Below, piece after piece: positions 23,330 to 34,939 of a stretch of DNA of 34,939 bases. Position 1 is the stretch's first letter, and each line of letters starts with the position of its first letter. The DNA lies in the NCBI RefSeq assembly GCF_001194135.2, contig NC_068990.1:75659353-75694291 (forward strand), written 5' to 3'. The notes beneath the pieces are model-generated. The model did not search any database and had not been told where the DNA came from. It saw only the letters and a list, made by a program, of their open reading frames with translations. The DNA comes from Octopus bimaculoides (Eukaryota). Made by a program: the position numbers and the translations under genes.

Positions 23330-24300
23330 TCAAATGACTTTTGCAAGAGTTCCTTCAAATGTTTTGCACCACACTCTAACAATTCTTCCAATATCTACGG
23401 GAATGATATTGATTTCTCATGTTGGCACAATTTCTCAGAAACTACAAACGATTTCATATTCGGAAGGGAACAGTCGATTTTACTGGGCTCAGTCCGTGAC
23501 TGGAAGATTGAAATGGAAAGATAACAATAGCAGGACTTTCATACTGTACGTAAAAAGCCGGAAGAAATACCGCATGGCATTATGTACGACACTCTACTAA
23601 TTCTGCTAATCCAGTCCCCCCTCCCGGTCAAATGTATTCTGCAACACACGAAGGACCAAAAGCAATCCTATGGAACGTGTGGTAAGCTCTCAACTTGGCA
23701 ACAAAGCCAGGATTGTTTCTTCCATGGACTATGGTGCGTGTATGCTGTTCGAATTCAGGCAGACATGAGCAGTTTTTCAGCAACACTTTGCTCGACTGTT
23801 TTCCGGAAGCAAATGTCTCGTATATCGCAGTATGTCTCGTATATTGCCAAATCTGTACGGCTAAAGATAATGAAAACTTCTTACATTTGCGCGTCACTAT
23901 TGGATAAGCGAAGGTAAATTCGCCGAATGTAAATGGTCTCGCACTGGGAGCATTGTTAGTTGTGTGGTCTGAGGAATGGTGATACTGCAGAGCAAGGACG
24001 CCCAGAAGAGGAACACTATCTATAAATTCAGTCTCATAATTTTACTGCATGACGAGTTCAAAATTATAGCCAAAGTGCTGGATTCGTTGTCTTGTATCAA
24101 TATAAATTATATACGAATCAAGGACTTCGACGGAGTCATCGACCGCTACCTAAGAGGCAGCCTAAGGCACATCGGTGCCATTTTCAAAGACAAAGTGGCT
24201 TGCCTGTACAGCAACATCTTTTCCATCATCAGGATAAATTGTGAGCGAGTTTTCCCTTAACGATAAATGCTTATGCAGTGTCGTACGGAGGCATTCGGAC
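23330..24300 (+). mobile_element. old Tx1/L1-like LINE relic (linker plus RT)
   Basis: FQQHFARLF, GSI..GMVILQSKDAQKRNT..ILLHDEFKIIAKVL and KDFDGVIDRYL..CLYSNIFSIIRIN are homologous to 13313-13830 and to RT motifs KAFDRVDH/LYS..S..RVNG. Confidence 0.7.
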
Positions 24301-25165
24301 ACCAAATTCACATAGGCATGGTACGTAATTCTTAACCCCGTCACCATAATTAGCATATATGAGATACGTAATCCTTAACCACTTCGCCATGGTTAAGCGA
24401 AAAAATAGTATTTTTATGTCTTCGGAACAGATTATAGATAAAATGTCAACCGAGATTTCAAACACAGTATAACGGTTGGTTGTTCGAACGATTCACTTAA
24501 TTTAGTGTCATTTGCCATTTTTTTCCTGTTATTATTACTGCTAACACTATCATCATGTTCATCAGCTTCATATAGTTATTAAGAATCAAATTATGTGTTA
24601 GAAGAAATGCGATAATCATATTTGACAGTCTGACAAATCAATGCAGGTGATATATTAAGTTGTCTGGTCTGCCTCTATAATATGTTTACATGGATAAGCG
24701 TGTCAAATTAACGGTAATAATTTACCCAATATATGTGATTATGCATGTGTGTGTGGTTTTGTGTGTGTGCGTATGTGTGTGTGTGTGTGTACGTGTGGGA
24801 ATGAGTGCGCGTGCGTTTACATATGAATATGTATATATACATGTATAATTATAGATGCATTTATATGTATATATTGTACACATATACATGAAAATACATA
24901 TGTATGTATAAATATTTATCTGTGTATATATGTACATACACACACATGTACACATATATAAACATGACTATATGAAAAATGAATAAACATATTCTTATGT
25001 ATTTGTGTATATGTTTGCAAATATCTATATATCTATATATAATCACGTATATGTAAATTCATATAAGTATAATCATACACAAACACACACACTCACATAC
25101 ACACACATATATAAATGTAAATATTTACATGTACATGATACATATAAATATATACGCACAAAACC

Positions 25166-25200
<35 letters not shown>

Positions 25201-26681
25201 NNNNNNNNNNNNNNNNNNNNNNNNNNNNNNNNNNNNNNNNNNNNNNNNNNNNNNNNNNNNNNNNNNNNNNNNNNNNNNNNNNNNNNNNNNNNNNNNNNNN
25301 NNNNNNNNNNNNNNNNNNNNNNNNNNNNNNNNNNNNNNNNNNNNNNNNNNNNNNNNNNNNNNNNNNNNNNNNNNNNNNNNNNNNNNNNNNNNNNNNNNNN
25401 NNNNNNNNNNNNNNNNNNNNNNNNNNNNNNNNNNNNNNNNNNNNNNNNNNNNNNNNNNNNNNNNNNNNNNNNNNNNNNNNNNNNNNNNNNNNNNNNNNNN
25501 NNNNNNNNNNNNNNNNNNNNNNNNNNNNNNNNNNNNNNNNNNNNNNNNNNNNNNNNNNNNNNNNNNNNNNNNNTATATAAATACATACATATGTGTGAGT
25601 TTTTGTATGTGTGCGTGCGTGTGTGTGTGTGTACAAGTGCAAAACTCATTACATATGAAAGTAAACACATGCAGATGAATAATTTTTATATAGCGTTCGT
25701 TCAAACAACTTTAAATTTATACATTCCTATGTCATTATAAGCTACATATGTGTACGTGCTTATATACTTATATATTTTTGTATGGGTATATAATATTCCT
25801 ATATATATATATATGCATGCCTGTGTGTGTGTATAAATTGTTATATTTGACCTTGTGCGTTTATGTGTGAATGTTTGTGTGTGTACGTGTGTCTGTGTTT
25901 CTGTGTATGTGTCTGTCTGTGTTTCTGTGTGTGTGTGTGTGAGTGTGTGTGTGAGTGCGTGTGCTTGTGTGTGTATGTAACATCACTTGTCTGAGATTTG
26001 CAATATCACATGATTCACAAACCCAAATAATACACACGATTATTCGGATGCCTTTGCATTAACAGTGAGCTTGCCCAAGGATTCGAATTAACGCTGATTT
26101 TAGTGAATGGGCATCTATATATTTTCTTATTTGGACAATTAAGTTCACCTTGTGGAACTGATTTTCAGCAACTACTGTCCGATCTATTATTCCCAATGTT
26201 AAGTAATTTTTGTGATAGAAATCCATTAATTTAAGTAAAAGTTTAAATCTTGGTTGTAACTTCTAGCGAATACCCCTCTTATCATTTGCGTCCGAATTTC
26301 TTCACATCATCTAATCTCCTACAATTTTGCTTTTGACCCCACCATTAACTGTGCTGCCAGTTATAAAAAAAAAAATTTAAAAAAACACCTATCCCTGATA
26401 GACCAAGTTTGGAAATTGACCATATCGTAAATATGTGTTATAGCATCAGATAAATTCATGTCTTTTACCGCATTGAAATTGTTCGTTTCGTAAATTTGAA
26501 GATATATGCTAATTCAATCTCTATAGCATCGAATGGAGGTTTCTTTATTCCTTTTGAAACTTATTCATTTTGTATGATCCCATGTTTTTTCTTAAAGTTT
26601 CAGGTCTGAAGAACCTCTTGTCATTTACCAAATAAATTTATATAATTAGCTCTAAACTACACACAGTGAATGCACTGTGAA

Positions 26682-26802
26682 GATGGGTAGCCTAGTGGTT
26701 AGGCTGTTACCCTCACGCTCGCCAGGTCATGGATTCGATTCTCAGGTCGGGCAGCGTGTTGTGCTCTTGAGTAAAACATTTCATTCCACGTTGCTCTAGT
26801 GC
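26682..26802 (+). mobile_element. SINE family D 5' part
   Basis: A-box TAGCCTAGTGG and B-box GATTCGATTC, then CTTGAGTAAAACATTTCATTCCACGTTGCTCTAGT. Confidence 0.7.
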
Positions 26803-27861
26803 TTTTCGTTCTTTCCATTATTTCTACAAATGCATCATATATTCAGAGGATTAAAATACGAGGGCAAATATTTAACTAAGAAAAAATAACATTCACATAA
26901 ATATATGAATTGAGTACTTTTCTAAATTGTCATATTGATATATAGCCACATAGTGATCTACGTGTCTCTATACATATATGTTTATCTACCTTCTCACACA
27001 CATACATATACACATATGTGTGTGTGTATGTGTATAAATATATATATATACACATACATATACATACATACATACATACATACATACGTATACAAGCATA
27101 TATATGAGCGTGTGCAGATAGATAGATATTTAGAAGATAAAATTATACAGATATATGCATACTTAAACGTATACATGAATATTAACAGATCCACGGATGG
27201 AAGTACATAAAAGAAATATAAATATGAACATACATCAATAGACATATATCATAAGACATACAATACATTTATTCACTGAACTACATTATAAAACCATATA
27301 AAAGTGATACCCTCCTATAAAAGATATAAAGGCTGTATTATTACACATTCAAAATGAAAACTTCAGAATTGCATTTACATATAAAAGCCTAAACAATTTC
27401 AATATCGCTAAACCGAGGAATACTTATACATAAAAGCGATTCTGGTGAAATTATAGGATTATAAAAATATATATGTGTATTAATGTAAGTGTTGTAAAAT
27501 ATATATAAATATATATTTTACATAGTGCAAATATTATCTGATATAGTTATCAACGAGTTCGGTTGACTCGGCAGATATATTTATATCAAAATGTGACAGT
27601 CCACTTAGAGTGTTGTTTCGCATTTCGAAAGCTGCGGTCTGCCACGAGCGAAACTTCGAGTAGAATGTTCTTTTTTTAGATATAACTTGTTTGTGTGTGT
27701 GTGTGTGGTTGTGTGTGTGTGTGTGTGTGTGTGTGCTGTGTCTGTGCGTGTTTGCATGTGTGTATATGTGTGTGTGCGTGTGTGTGTTTGAGTGCACTTG
27801 TGGGTAAAAGTACAATTTATGGAACGAGAATACAACACGAAAGAAGTGTATTGTTCTATAC

Positions 27862-28114
27862 CAGTAATTCTCAATCGTCTTTTACGTATGAACCCCTTTG
27901 ATTCCTATTTTAGTCGTCTGGACCCTCATTGCCATTCGATGTTCAAAGAACCATGGTATATTTTAATAATTAAACACCATTAGGAATTGTATAAAATATT
28001 GTTTATATGTTTTATCTATTTTAGAAGTATAACATGTTTATCCCAGAAGACTTTTAACAACAAAATTTTATATGGATCCTCAAAAGCTATATGGACCCTT
28101 GTTAAGAACTACTG
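27862..28114. mobile_element. hAT (Charlie/MER5-like) MITE
   Basis: TIRs CAGTAATTCTCAA / TTAAGAACTACTG. Internal ATGAACCCC/ATGGACCC motifs. Imperfect 8-bp TSD TTCTATAC / TTCCATAG resembles NTCTAGAN. Confidence 0.75.
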
Positions 28115-28139
28115 TTCCATAGAGTCTAAATGACAGTTT

Positions 28140-28654
28140 TACTGTATCAGTTGGTATTTCACATGCAAGCGCGTATCTTCCAAGTTTGAGCCAAAACTGC
28201 TTTCAGTTGACCAACAAGAATTGTTGCAAGGGCATTGTTTATCAAAATCTACTCCACCTGGACAGACAGTAACAAAGAGTACTACCATGACATGTTGCGG
28301 TGTTTGTGAGATACTGTTCGCCGGAAAAGGACAGAATTGTATGCATCCGGCGAGTAGTAACTCCACCATGGTAATGCAGTTGTCCATTCAGAGCAGCTGG
28401 TGCAGCAGGTTTTGTGCCAAGCACAACATACTCCACATCCGACAACTACCATACTCCCAAGATTTCGCCCCGTGCGAATGTTCCTTGTATCCAAAACTCA
28501 AATTACACTAGGAAGGAACAAGATTTCAAGGCGCCAAGGAAATCCAAATGAATGCAACGTGGCAGTTGCTCGCTATTACAAAAAGAAGTTACAATGGAAA
28601 CGATGCTGGATAAAAGATTTAGTATCAGACTGGGATTATCTTAAAGGAGATTAA
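28140..28654 (+). mobile_element. mariner transposase relic, internally deleted
   Basis: RVSSKFEPKLL, KGIVYQ..PPGQTV..EYY, LHHGNAVVH, RQLPYSQDFAPCECSLYPKLK and WKRCWIK..DWDYLKGD*. Confidence 0.85.
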
Positions 28655-28694
28655 ATGTTGCATTAATATGAGTTGTAATATTCTTTCTATAACA

Positions 28695-28890
28695 AAGGCG
28701 GCGAGTTTGCCGAATCGTTAGTAGACCGGACAAAATGCTTAGTGGTATTCGTCCCTCTTTACATTCTGAGATCAGCTTTGCCTTTTATCCTTTCGAGGTT
28801 GATAATATAAGTACCAGCTGAGCACTGGGATCGACGCTATCGACTTATCCCCGAACTTACTTGCCAAGTGGCAAAATTTGAAGCCGTTAT
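28695..28890 (+). mobile_element. SINE family A
   Basis: AAGGCGGCGAGTTTGCCGAATCGTTAG..CTTTGCCTTTTATCC..AAGTACCAGCTGAGCACTGGGATCG. Confidence 0.88.
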
Positions 28891-29119
28891 TCTTTTTATA
28901 TCATTGGTCCAAATAATTTTTATGAGACCACATACTCAGGCAAGTAATGGAATTCATAATACAACGTTTATAGTGCTTTATTTACAGATGTTGAGTTAGT
29001 ATTAATTCAAGTGTGGAGGAAAAAGATATATCCGAAAATTATAGTTAAAATAATAAAAAACATAAAGATGCATTCCTTGGATATTATTGTAGAATGGTTT
29101 AATCCTCCAGATCGATCTC

Positions 29120-29301
29120 CGTGTTTCTTTTTAAGTCTGATAATCATTCTGTAGGTCTCATCCTTCTGAACCGCCGGCTAGGAGAATGTAAGGAAGAGAC
29201 CTAGACCTAGACAAGAACACAAACACGTTTATGTATACATACATACATACATACATACATACATACATACATACATGCTTGCATGCATATGCACACACAC
29301 A

Positions 29302-29349
<48 letters not shown>

Positions 29350-29512
29350 TATACATATACGAGTTGTGCACAGTTTCCAACCTACAAGATTCATTTCAAA
29401 GACAGTCCTCGACCCATGCCTACAGTATAATATTTTCGTAACAGGTAACACTGAGTAAAACTGAACTCGAATCTACTTAGTTGCAAAGGCAAACTTCTTA
29501 ACGAAGCATTTA
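29120..29512 (-). mobile_element. old SINE family B with expanded internal microsatellite
   Basis: The head remnant CAGTTTCCAACCTACAAGATTCA..ACTGAACTCGAA..GTTGCAAAGGCAAACTTCTTAAC is clear; the tail (CTGAACCGCC) is weak. Confidence 0.5.
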
Positions 29513-29658
29513 TAACAGAGTATATAAATATATATGTGTTTATGTGCGTGTGTGTGTGTCTCTCTCTCTCTGTATATTTGTATGCATGAATTTATATTTT
29601 GCCTTCACACACCCACACACACACACACACACATATGTATATATATTTACACAAGCGC

Positions 29659-29695
<37 letters not shown>

Positions 29696-29988
29696 CGCAC
29701 AAACACACACACACTCATACACACATGTATGTGTGTGTGTGTGTGTGTGTATGTGTGTGTATCAATATACAATTATGCATATGTTTGGTTTTCTATATTG
29801 TTTCAACTGAGGCAGCAAATACGTTTTTTAGTTGTTTGTTTTGAGAGCTCTTTCAGTCACATAAATTATTGAAAATATTAAAAGTTTTTACAGTATTTAA
29901 GTTGTGATAATTCTAACACGAATTTTTAAGCAGTCTCATTTGACAGCTTTTGATAACGTAGTGTTATGGGTCATATACATTTACATCA

Positions 29989-30364
29989 GAGGTGGCTGAG
30001 TGGTAAGAAGCCGGCTTCCCAACCACATTGTTCCAGGTTCAGTCCCACTGCGTGACACCTTGGGCAAGTGCCTTCTACTATATCCTAGGGTCGACCAAAG
30101 CCTTGTGAGTGGATTTGGTAGACGGAAACTGAAAGAAGCCTGTCGTATATATATATATGTGTGCGTCTGTATTTGTCCTCCCCCCCTTGCTTGACAACAG
30201 ATGGTGTGTTTACCTCCTCGTAAATTAGCGGTTCAGCAAAGAAACCCGATAGAATAAGCACCAGGCTTACAAAGAATAAATTCTGGGGTCGATTTGTTCG
30301 ACTAAAAGCAATGCTCCGGCATGGCCGCAGTCAAATGACTGAAACGCGTAAAAGAATCAAAGAA
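29989..30364 (+). mobile_element. SINE family B
   Basis: GGTGGCTGAGTGGTAAGAAG..GGTTCAGTCCCACTGCGTG..GAAGCCTGTCG(TA)n..GGGGTCGATTTGTTCGACTAA..GACTGAAAC..AAAGAAT. Confidence 0.92.
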
Positions 30365-30390
30365 TATATATATATATATATATATATATG

Positions 30391-31012
30391 AGAAGAAGAA
30401 GAAAATGGAGAGGTTATGGATGTAATTAATAATTTATTTGTATGTTAAAAAAAGATGACAGTTTCTTTCAAAAAACATAATGGTAGAAATAAATTGAATT
30501 ACAGGTTGAAAGCTGAAAAAATAAATTAAAATAAAATAAGGAACCGACATATATGTTTCGGTCCTATCATCTAGTTGATGGGAATTTCGATGCATTTGGT
30601 TTAATGCTAAGAAAGTTACCATATTCTAACTATATGGTAGTAGGTCTTCTTCAGGGTTAATAAAGAGCTCATGGAATTTAGGTAATCATATTTTCTTTTC
30701 AAGGAAGTATAGCGTACTAGTGGGTTAAATGTTAAAAGTTATATAATAAAAATATATATGACTGATGAGTTTTATATATTTGTGAATATACTATATACTA
30801 CATATTATAATTTGGAAATAGATAAATAAATAGATAAATAAAAATTAAAATCAAGCTAAAGATGAAATTTTAAAATGTAAGTAAAAATATTAAAACATAA
30901 AAATCATTTGTACTGTTATGCATTTTTTTATATAAAAAAAAACTGTCATCTTTTTGTAACATATAGATAAATTATTAATTACGTCCATTTCTTCTCCATT
31001 TTAATCTTCTTG
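30391..31012. mobile_element. ~620-bp element bounded by long inverted repeats
   Basis: 30416-30463 and the reverse complement of 30941-30988 match at 44/48 nt. Weaker matches extend both outward (AGAAG..AAAATGGAGA) and inward. No ORF. Confidence 0.8.
30542..30658 (-). ncRNA. type I hammerhead-ribozyme-like motif with expanded stem II
   Basis: Minus strand reads AACC-CUGAAGA-[AGACCUA..74 nt..UAGGACC]-GAAAC-AUAUAU-GUC-GGUU. Stem I is AACC/GGUU, stem III is the palindrome ACAUAUAUGU, and the cleavage triplet is GUC. Confidence 0.6.
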
Positions 31013-31844
31013 TTTTTTCCCCCAATATTGATAATTTCAATAATCCCGAACATATAACAATGACTTTCGCATTACATGATAGGGATTAAACCAGTGGATT
31101 ACCTTCGATTATATAATCCTTAATGAGGATATGACTTCCTCGAATTAACTATATATATATATATATNNNNNNNNNNNNNNNNNNNNNNNNNNNNNNNNNN
31201 NNNNNNNNNNNNNNNNNNNNNNNNNNNNNNNNNNNNNNNNNNNNNNNNNNNNNNNNNNNNNNNNNNNNNNNNNNNNNNNNNNNNNNNNNNNNNNNNNNNN
31301 NNNNNNNNNNNNNNNNNNNNNNNNNNNNNNNNNNNNNNNNNNNNNNNNNNNNNNNNNNNNNNNNNNNNNNNNNNNNNNNNNNNNNNNNNNNNNNNNNNNN
31401 NNNNNNNNNNNNNNNNNNNNNNNNNNNNNNNNNNNNNNNNNNNNNNNNNNNNNNNNNNNNNNNNNNNNNNNNNNNNNNNNNNNNNNNNNNNNNNNNNNNN
31501 NNNNNNNNNNNNNNNNNNNNNNNNNNNNNNNNNNNNNNNNNNNNNNNNNNNNNNNNNNNNNNNNNNNNNNNNNNNNNNNNNNNNNNNNNNNNNNNNNNNN
31601 NNNNNNNNNNNNNNNNNNNNNNNNNNNNNNNNNNNNNNNNNNNNNNNNNNNNNNNNNNNNNNNNNNNNNNNNNNNNNNNNNNNNNNNNNNNNNNNNNNNN
31701 NNNNNNNNNNNNNNNNNNNNNNNNNNNNNNNNNNNNNNNNNNNNNNNNNNNNNNNNNNNNNNNNNNNNNNNNNNNNNNNNNNNNNNNNNNNNNNNNNNNN
31801 NNNNNNNNNNNNTATTACGTTTTCTTTTTATTTGATTTAAGCGT

Positions 31845-32066
31845 GGTACTTATTCTATCGATACATTTGCCGAGCAGCTAAGTTACGGGAACTTAAACAT
31901 TCATGCACCAATTTTCAAGTGGTGGTGGGGGGGGGCAAACACATACACAAAGGCACACACACAGGCACACACACACACACACACACACGCGCACACGCAC
32001 ACTAACACAAACACATAGATAGACTGAACCCGAAACCATTCGTTTGGAAAGCTTGCTTCTTACTAC
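31845..32066 (-). mobile_element. SINE family B, internally deleted
   Basis: Tail piece GGTACTTATTCTATCGA..TAAGTTACGGG, then a microsatellite, then head piece ACTGAACCCGAAACCA..GCTTCTTACTACA. Confidence 0.65.
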
Positions 32067-32126
32067 ATATTTATGATGTAAATCTACACACAGACAGACA
32101 CACACATATGGATGTATGAATGTACG

Positions 32127-32127
<1 letters not shown>

Positions 32128-32170
<43 letters not shown>

Positions 32171-32196
32171 GAGATAGANNNNNNNNNNTGGTTTTC

Positions 32197-32243
<47 letters not shown>
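32128..32243. repeat. (GATA)n microsatellite spanning a 10-N gap
   Basis: Direct reading. Confidence 0.95.
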
Positions 32244-32730
32244 TATACAATATATATATATATATTCTTTGACAAGCTTCAGCCAGAAGGGCATGGGCAT
32301 CCTGGGGCGAGTAATTTTATTGTAATACCATTGAGTATATTTTCGATTCTTTTTGCATATTTGGGGGCACACAATACGCAAAACCCAATACACAATACAC
32401 GCACGCACACTATAGGGTCACCCACATATTATACACATCCTCACAAACATATACACACGTCCATACGCACGCACACACATAAATACACGAAATATACATC
32501 ACTCTACACAATGCACATACTGGGTTAGTTATACATATACACACAGACACTCCCATACGCACACACAGGCTCACATAATTTTAAGCTCGTTCACTCATAC
32601 AATCACACGCGCGCGCTCACATTCCCACATAGATACTCACGCACACCAGTCTTACATACAAACATCTACTTGCGCACCTTAGTTTAGCCTGGTTATTGTT
32701 ATCATCTATCCTTCACTAAGTTTTTTTCTA

Positions 32731-32920
32731 CTGGTCATTTCGTTGTAATGGTCATTTCATCACGCTGGTCATTTTATTATGCTGAACTATTAATCCCTAC
32801 ACAATTTTTACTCTCTCTTTTTCTTTCCATTTTTACTCCATTTTTTTTTTTGTCTCTCAATCCTTTCTGCAGAAGTGTGTAGGCTCGAAGCGTCAAGGAG
32901 TTTTCCATTCTAATACACCT
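32731..32920 (+). mobile_element. probable Penelope-like/retrozyme-type repeat end with degenerate minimal hammerhead
   Basis: Three 17-bp-period TGGTCATTT repeats (32731-32784), then TCCTT-T-CTGCAGA-A-GTGT-GTAG-GCTC-GAAGC-GTC-AAGGA (32861-32899). Confidence 0.45.
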
Positions 32921-34615
32921 GCTGGTTGTCCCCTCATATGTGTTTGTATTTTGTTTTCTCTAAATTTGAACTATATTTATCTCTCTCTCTCTCTCTCTCT
33001 CTCNNNNNNNNNNATATGCATACGTCTATAATTATATGTATATATATAGTCTTGTTATGTACACATATGTCAGTCAGTGTATGTGCTGGTGTGTTTGGGT
33101 TTATTTGCATTATACATATATATAGACACACATTTTTGTATGAAACTTTTTAACCAATTATTAATTCCTTTATTTCATCGTTTATTCAACTTTTAATGTG
33201 CGTCTATTACCCAACACTATAACACTTATCTGACATTAAGCAGACTATATGTAAACTCAACTATATTTGAGCTTGTATTTTCTAAACTACCCTTTTTTTT
33301 GTCAATATAGTTTATCGATTTATTAACTACTTTTACCTAATATATTCTATTAACTCCGACTGTAATTTCCAATTTGTTCCTCATACGATATTTCCTTCTT
33401 CATTTATATTCTCCCCACTTATAAGCGTACTGTCAGTAATGTTTGATTTATACATGAAGAGGTTTTTTAGTTCAGCAATTGTATTGCTCATGATTTGTTT
33501 TTGATTGGTAATTAAGGAATGAATATCTCTCACCCACCCCCTCTCTCTCTCTCTCTAAATATATNNNNNNNNNNNNNNNNNNNNNNNNNNNNNNNNNNNN
33601 NNNNNNNNNNNNNNNNNNNNNNNNNNNNNNNNNNNNNNNNNNNNNNNNNNNNNNNNNNNNNNNNNNNNNNNNNNNNNNNNNNNNNNNNNNNNNNNNNNNN
33701 NNNNNNNNNNNNNNNNNNNNNNNNNNNNNNNNNNNNNNNNNNNNNNNNNNNNNNNNNNNNNNNNNNNNNNNNNNNNNNNNNNNNNNNNNNNNNNNNNNNN
33801 NNNNNNNNNNNNNNNNNNNNNNNNNNNNNNNNNNNNNNNNNNNNNNNNNNNNNNNNNNNNNNNNNNNNNNNNNNNNNNNNNNNNNNNNNNNNNNNNNNNN
33901 NNNNNNNNNNNNNNNNNNNNNNNNATATATATATATATATATATATATAGACGCGTGTGGATGAGTGTCTACGTTTAAAAATATGCTTACCAATATTTGG
34001 AGGTGGGCTGAATATATGGGTGCCTAAGAGACAGATTGTTTTCAGAATTAAATGGCCATTACATAAGATGTCTCGGAATATATATGCCGTGTAAATTGGT
34101 AGGGTATTTTATTGTATAAAGGGAAAGGCAGATAAATTTTTTAATAGTATATAAACGTATATACTCTAGACTGCATCACAGTAAATATATTTATGTATGC
34201 ATGCATACGCATACGCCTCAACAAACACGTAACATCATACAAATATTCCCCAAAACACATAATTAATATATGTGTGAATCTATGAACGTATATATACACC
34301 GATATATCTATCTATCTGTCTGTTTCTCTCTCTCTCTCACTCTCTCTCTCTATCTCTATCTATCTCTCTCTCTCTCTCCACCGAAACCATATATGTAAAT
34401 ATGTAAATATATATATATATATATACATATATGAGTTCATATATTCAGGAACATTTGATTACTCACATGCCTAGATATGTTTTATAGTTTCCAATTATAT
34501 ATATACCTATAGTTACGCATAAACACATACATATATGTAAATGTATTTACACATCAGAATAAATGCATATATATAAACATAACCATCAATATGTATTCGT
34601 ATATATAAACATATT

Positions 34616-34668
<53 letters not shown>

Positions 34669-34901
34669 ATATACATATATATATATATATATATGTATGT
34701 ACATATGTATATAGATACCGGGAGAATTTTATAGAATGTATGACTGAAAGATGTAGAGATAAATTCATATATTGATAAGTTTCTTCAGTATGTACGTATG
34801 TTTATGGATGAGCATATCTCTATTTTCACTATTTTGTGTGCGGGGTCGTTAAATATTAGTTTAAGCATCTGTATGTATATGCGTGTTATATAGATATATA
34901 G

Positions 34902-34939
<38 letters not shown>

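Noticed and set aside
26040-26640. Short minus-strand open frames (e.g. MDFYHKNYLTLGIIDRTVVAENQFHK)
   Set aside because: No recognisable domain; stops in all frames over the region.
30762-30800. Plus-strand CTGATGAG inside the IR element
   Set aside because: No stem II and no GAAA core follows.
31118-31150. GAGGA-TATGACT-TCCTC-GAAT hairpin next to the IR element
   Set aside because: It could be a very decayed hammerhead, but CUGANGA and stem III/GUC are absent.
32731-32784. CRISPR-like or other functional array
   Set aside because: Three short 17-bp-period repeats in eukaryotic repeat context with no unique spacers; part of a repeat end.

Overview
AT-rich, repeat-saturated eukaryotic DNA from a gapped short-read scaffold. 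There are 11 N-gaps, nearly all bordered by microsatellites. The SINE families, dense (AC)n/(AT)n/(GATA)n tracts and mariner/RTE/Tx1 relics look like a coleoid cephalopod, probably Octopus (inference from pattern recognition, no search run). I could not identify any intact host protein-coding gene. The long ORFs in the track come from N-gaps, microsatellites or decayed transposons. The window contains four mariner relics (one full length with TIRs, TA TSD and DD34D), two Tx1/L1-like RT relics, two RTE-like 3' ends, four tRNA-headed SINE families (working labels A-D), a hAT-type MITE and a fold-back MITE-like hairpin. The most unusual item is a ~620-bp inverted-repeat-flanked element (30391-31012). 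It carries a type I hammerhead-ribozyme-like motif with all core nucleotides intact and a greatly expanded, branched stem II. A second, degenerate minimal hammerhead lies at 32861-32899. A possible TATA-less promoter (CCAAT plus YY1-type motif) near 19.0 kb and several short splice-bounded exon candidates are weak hints of a host transcript.
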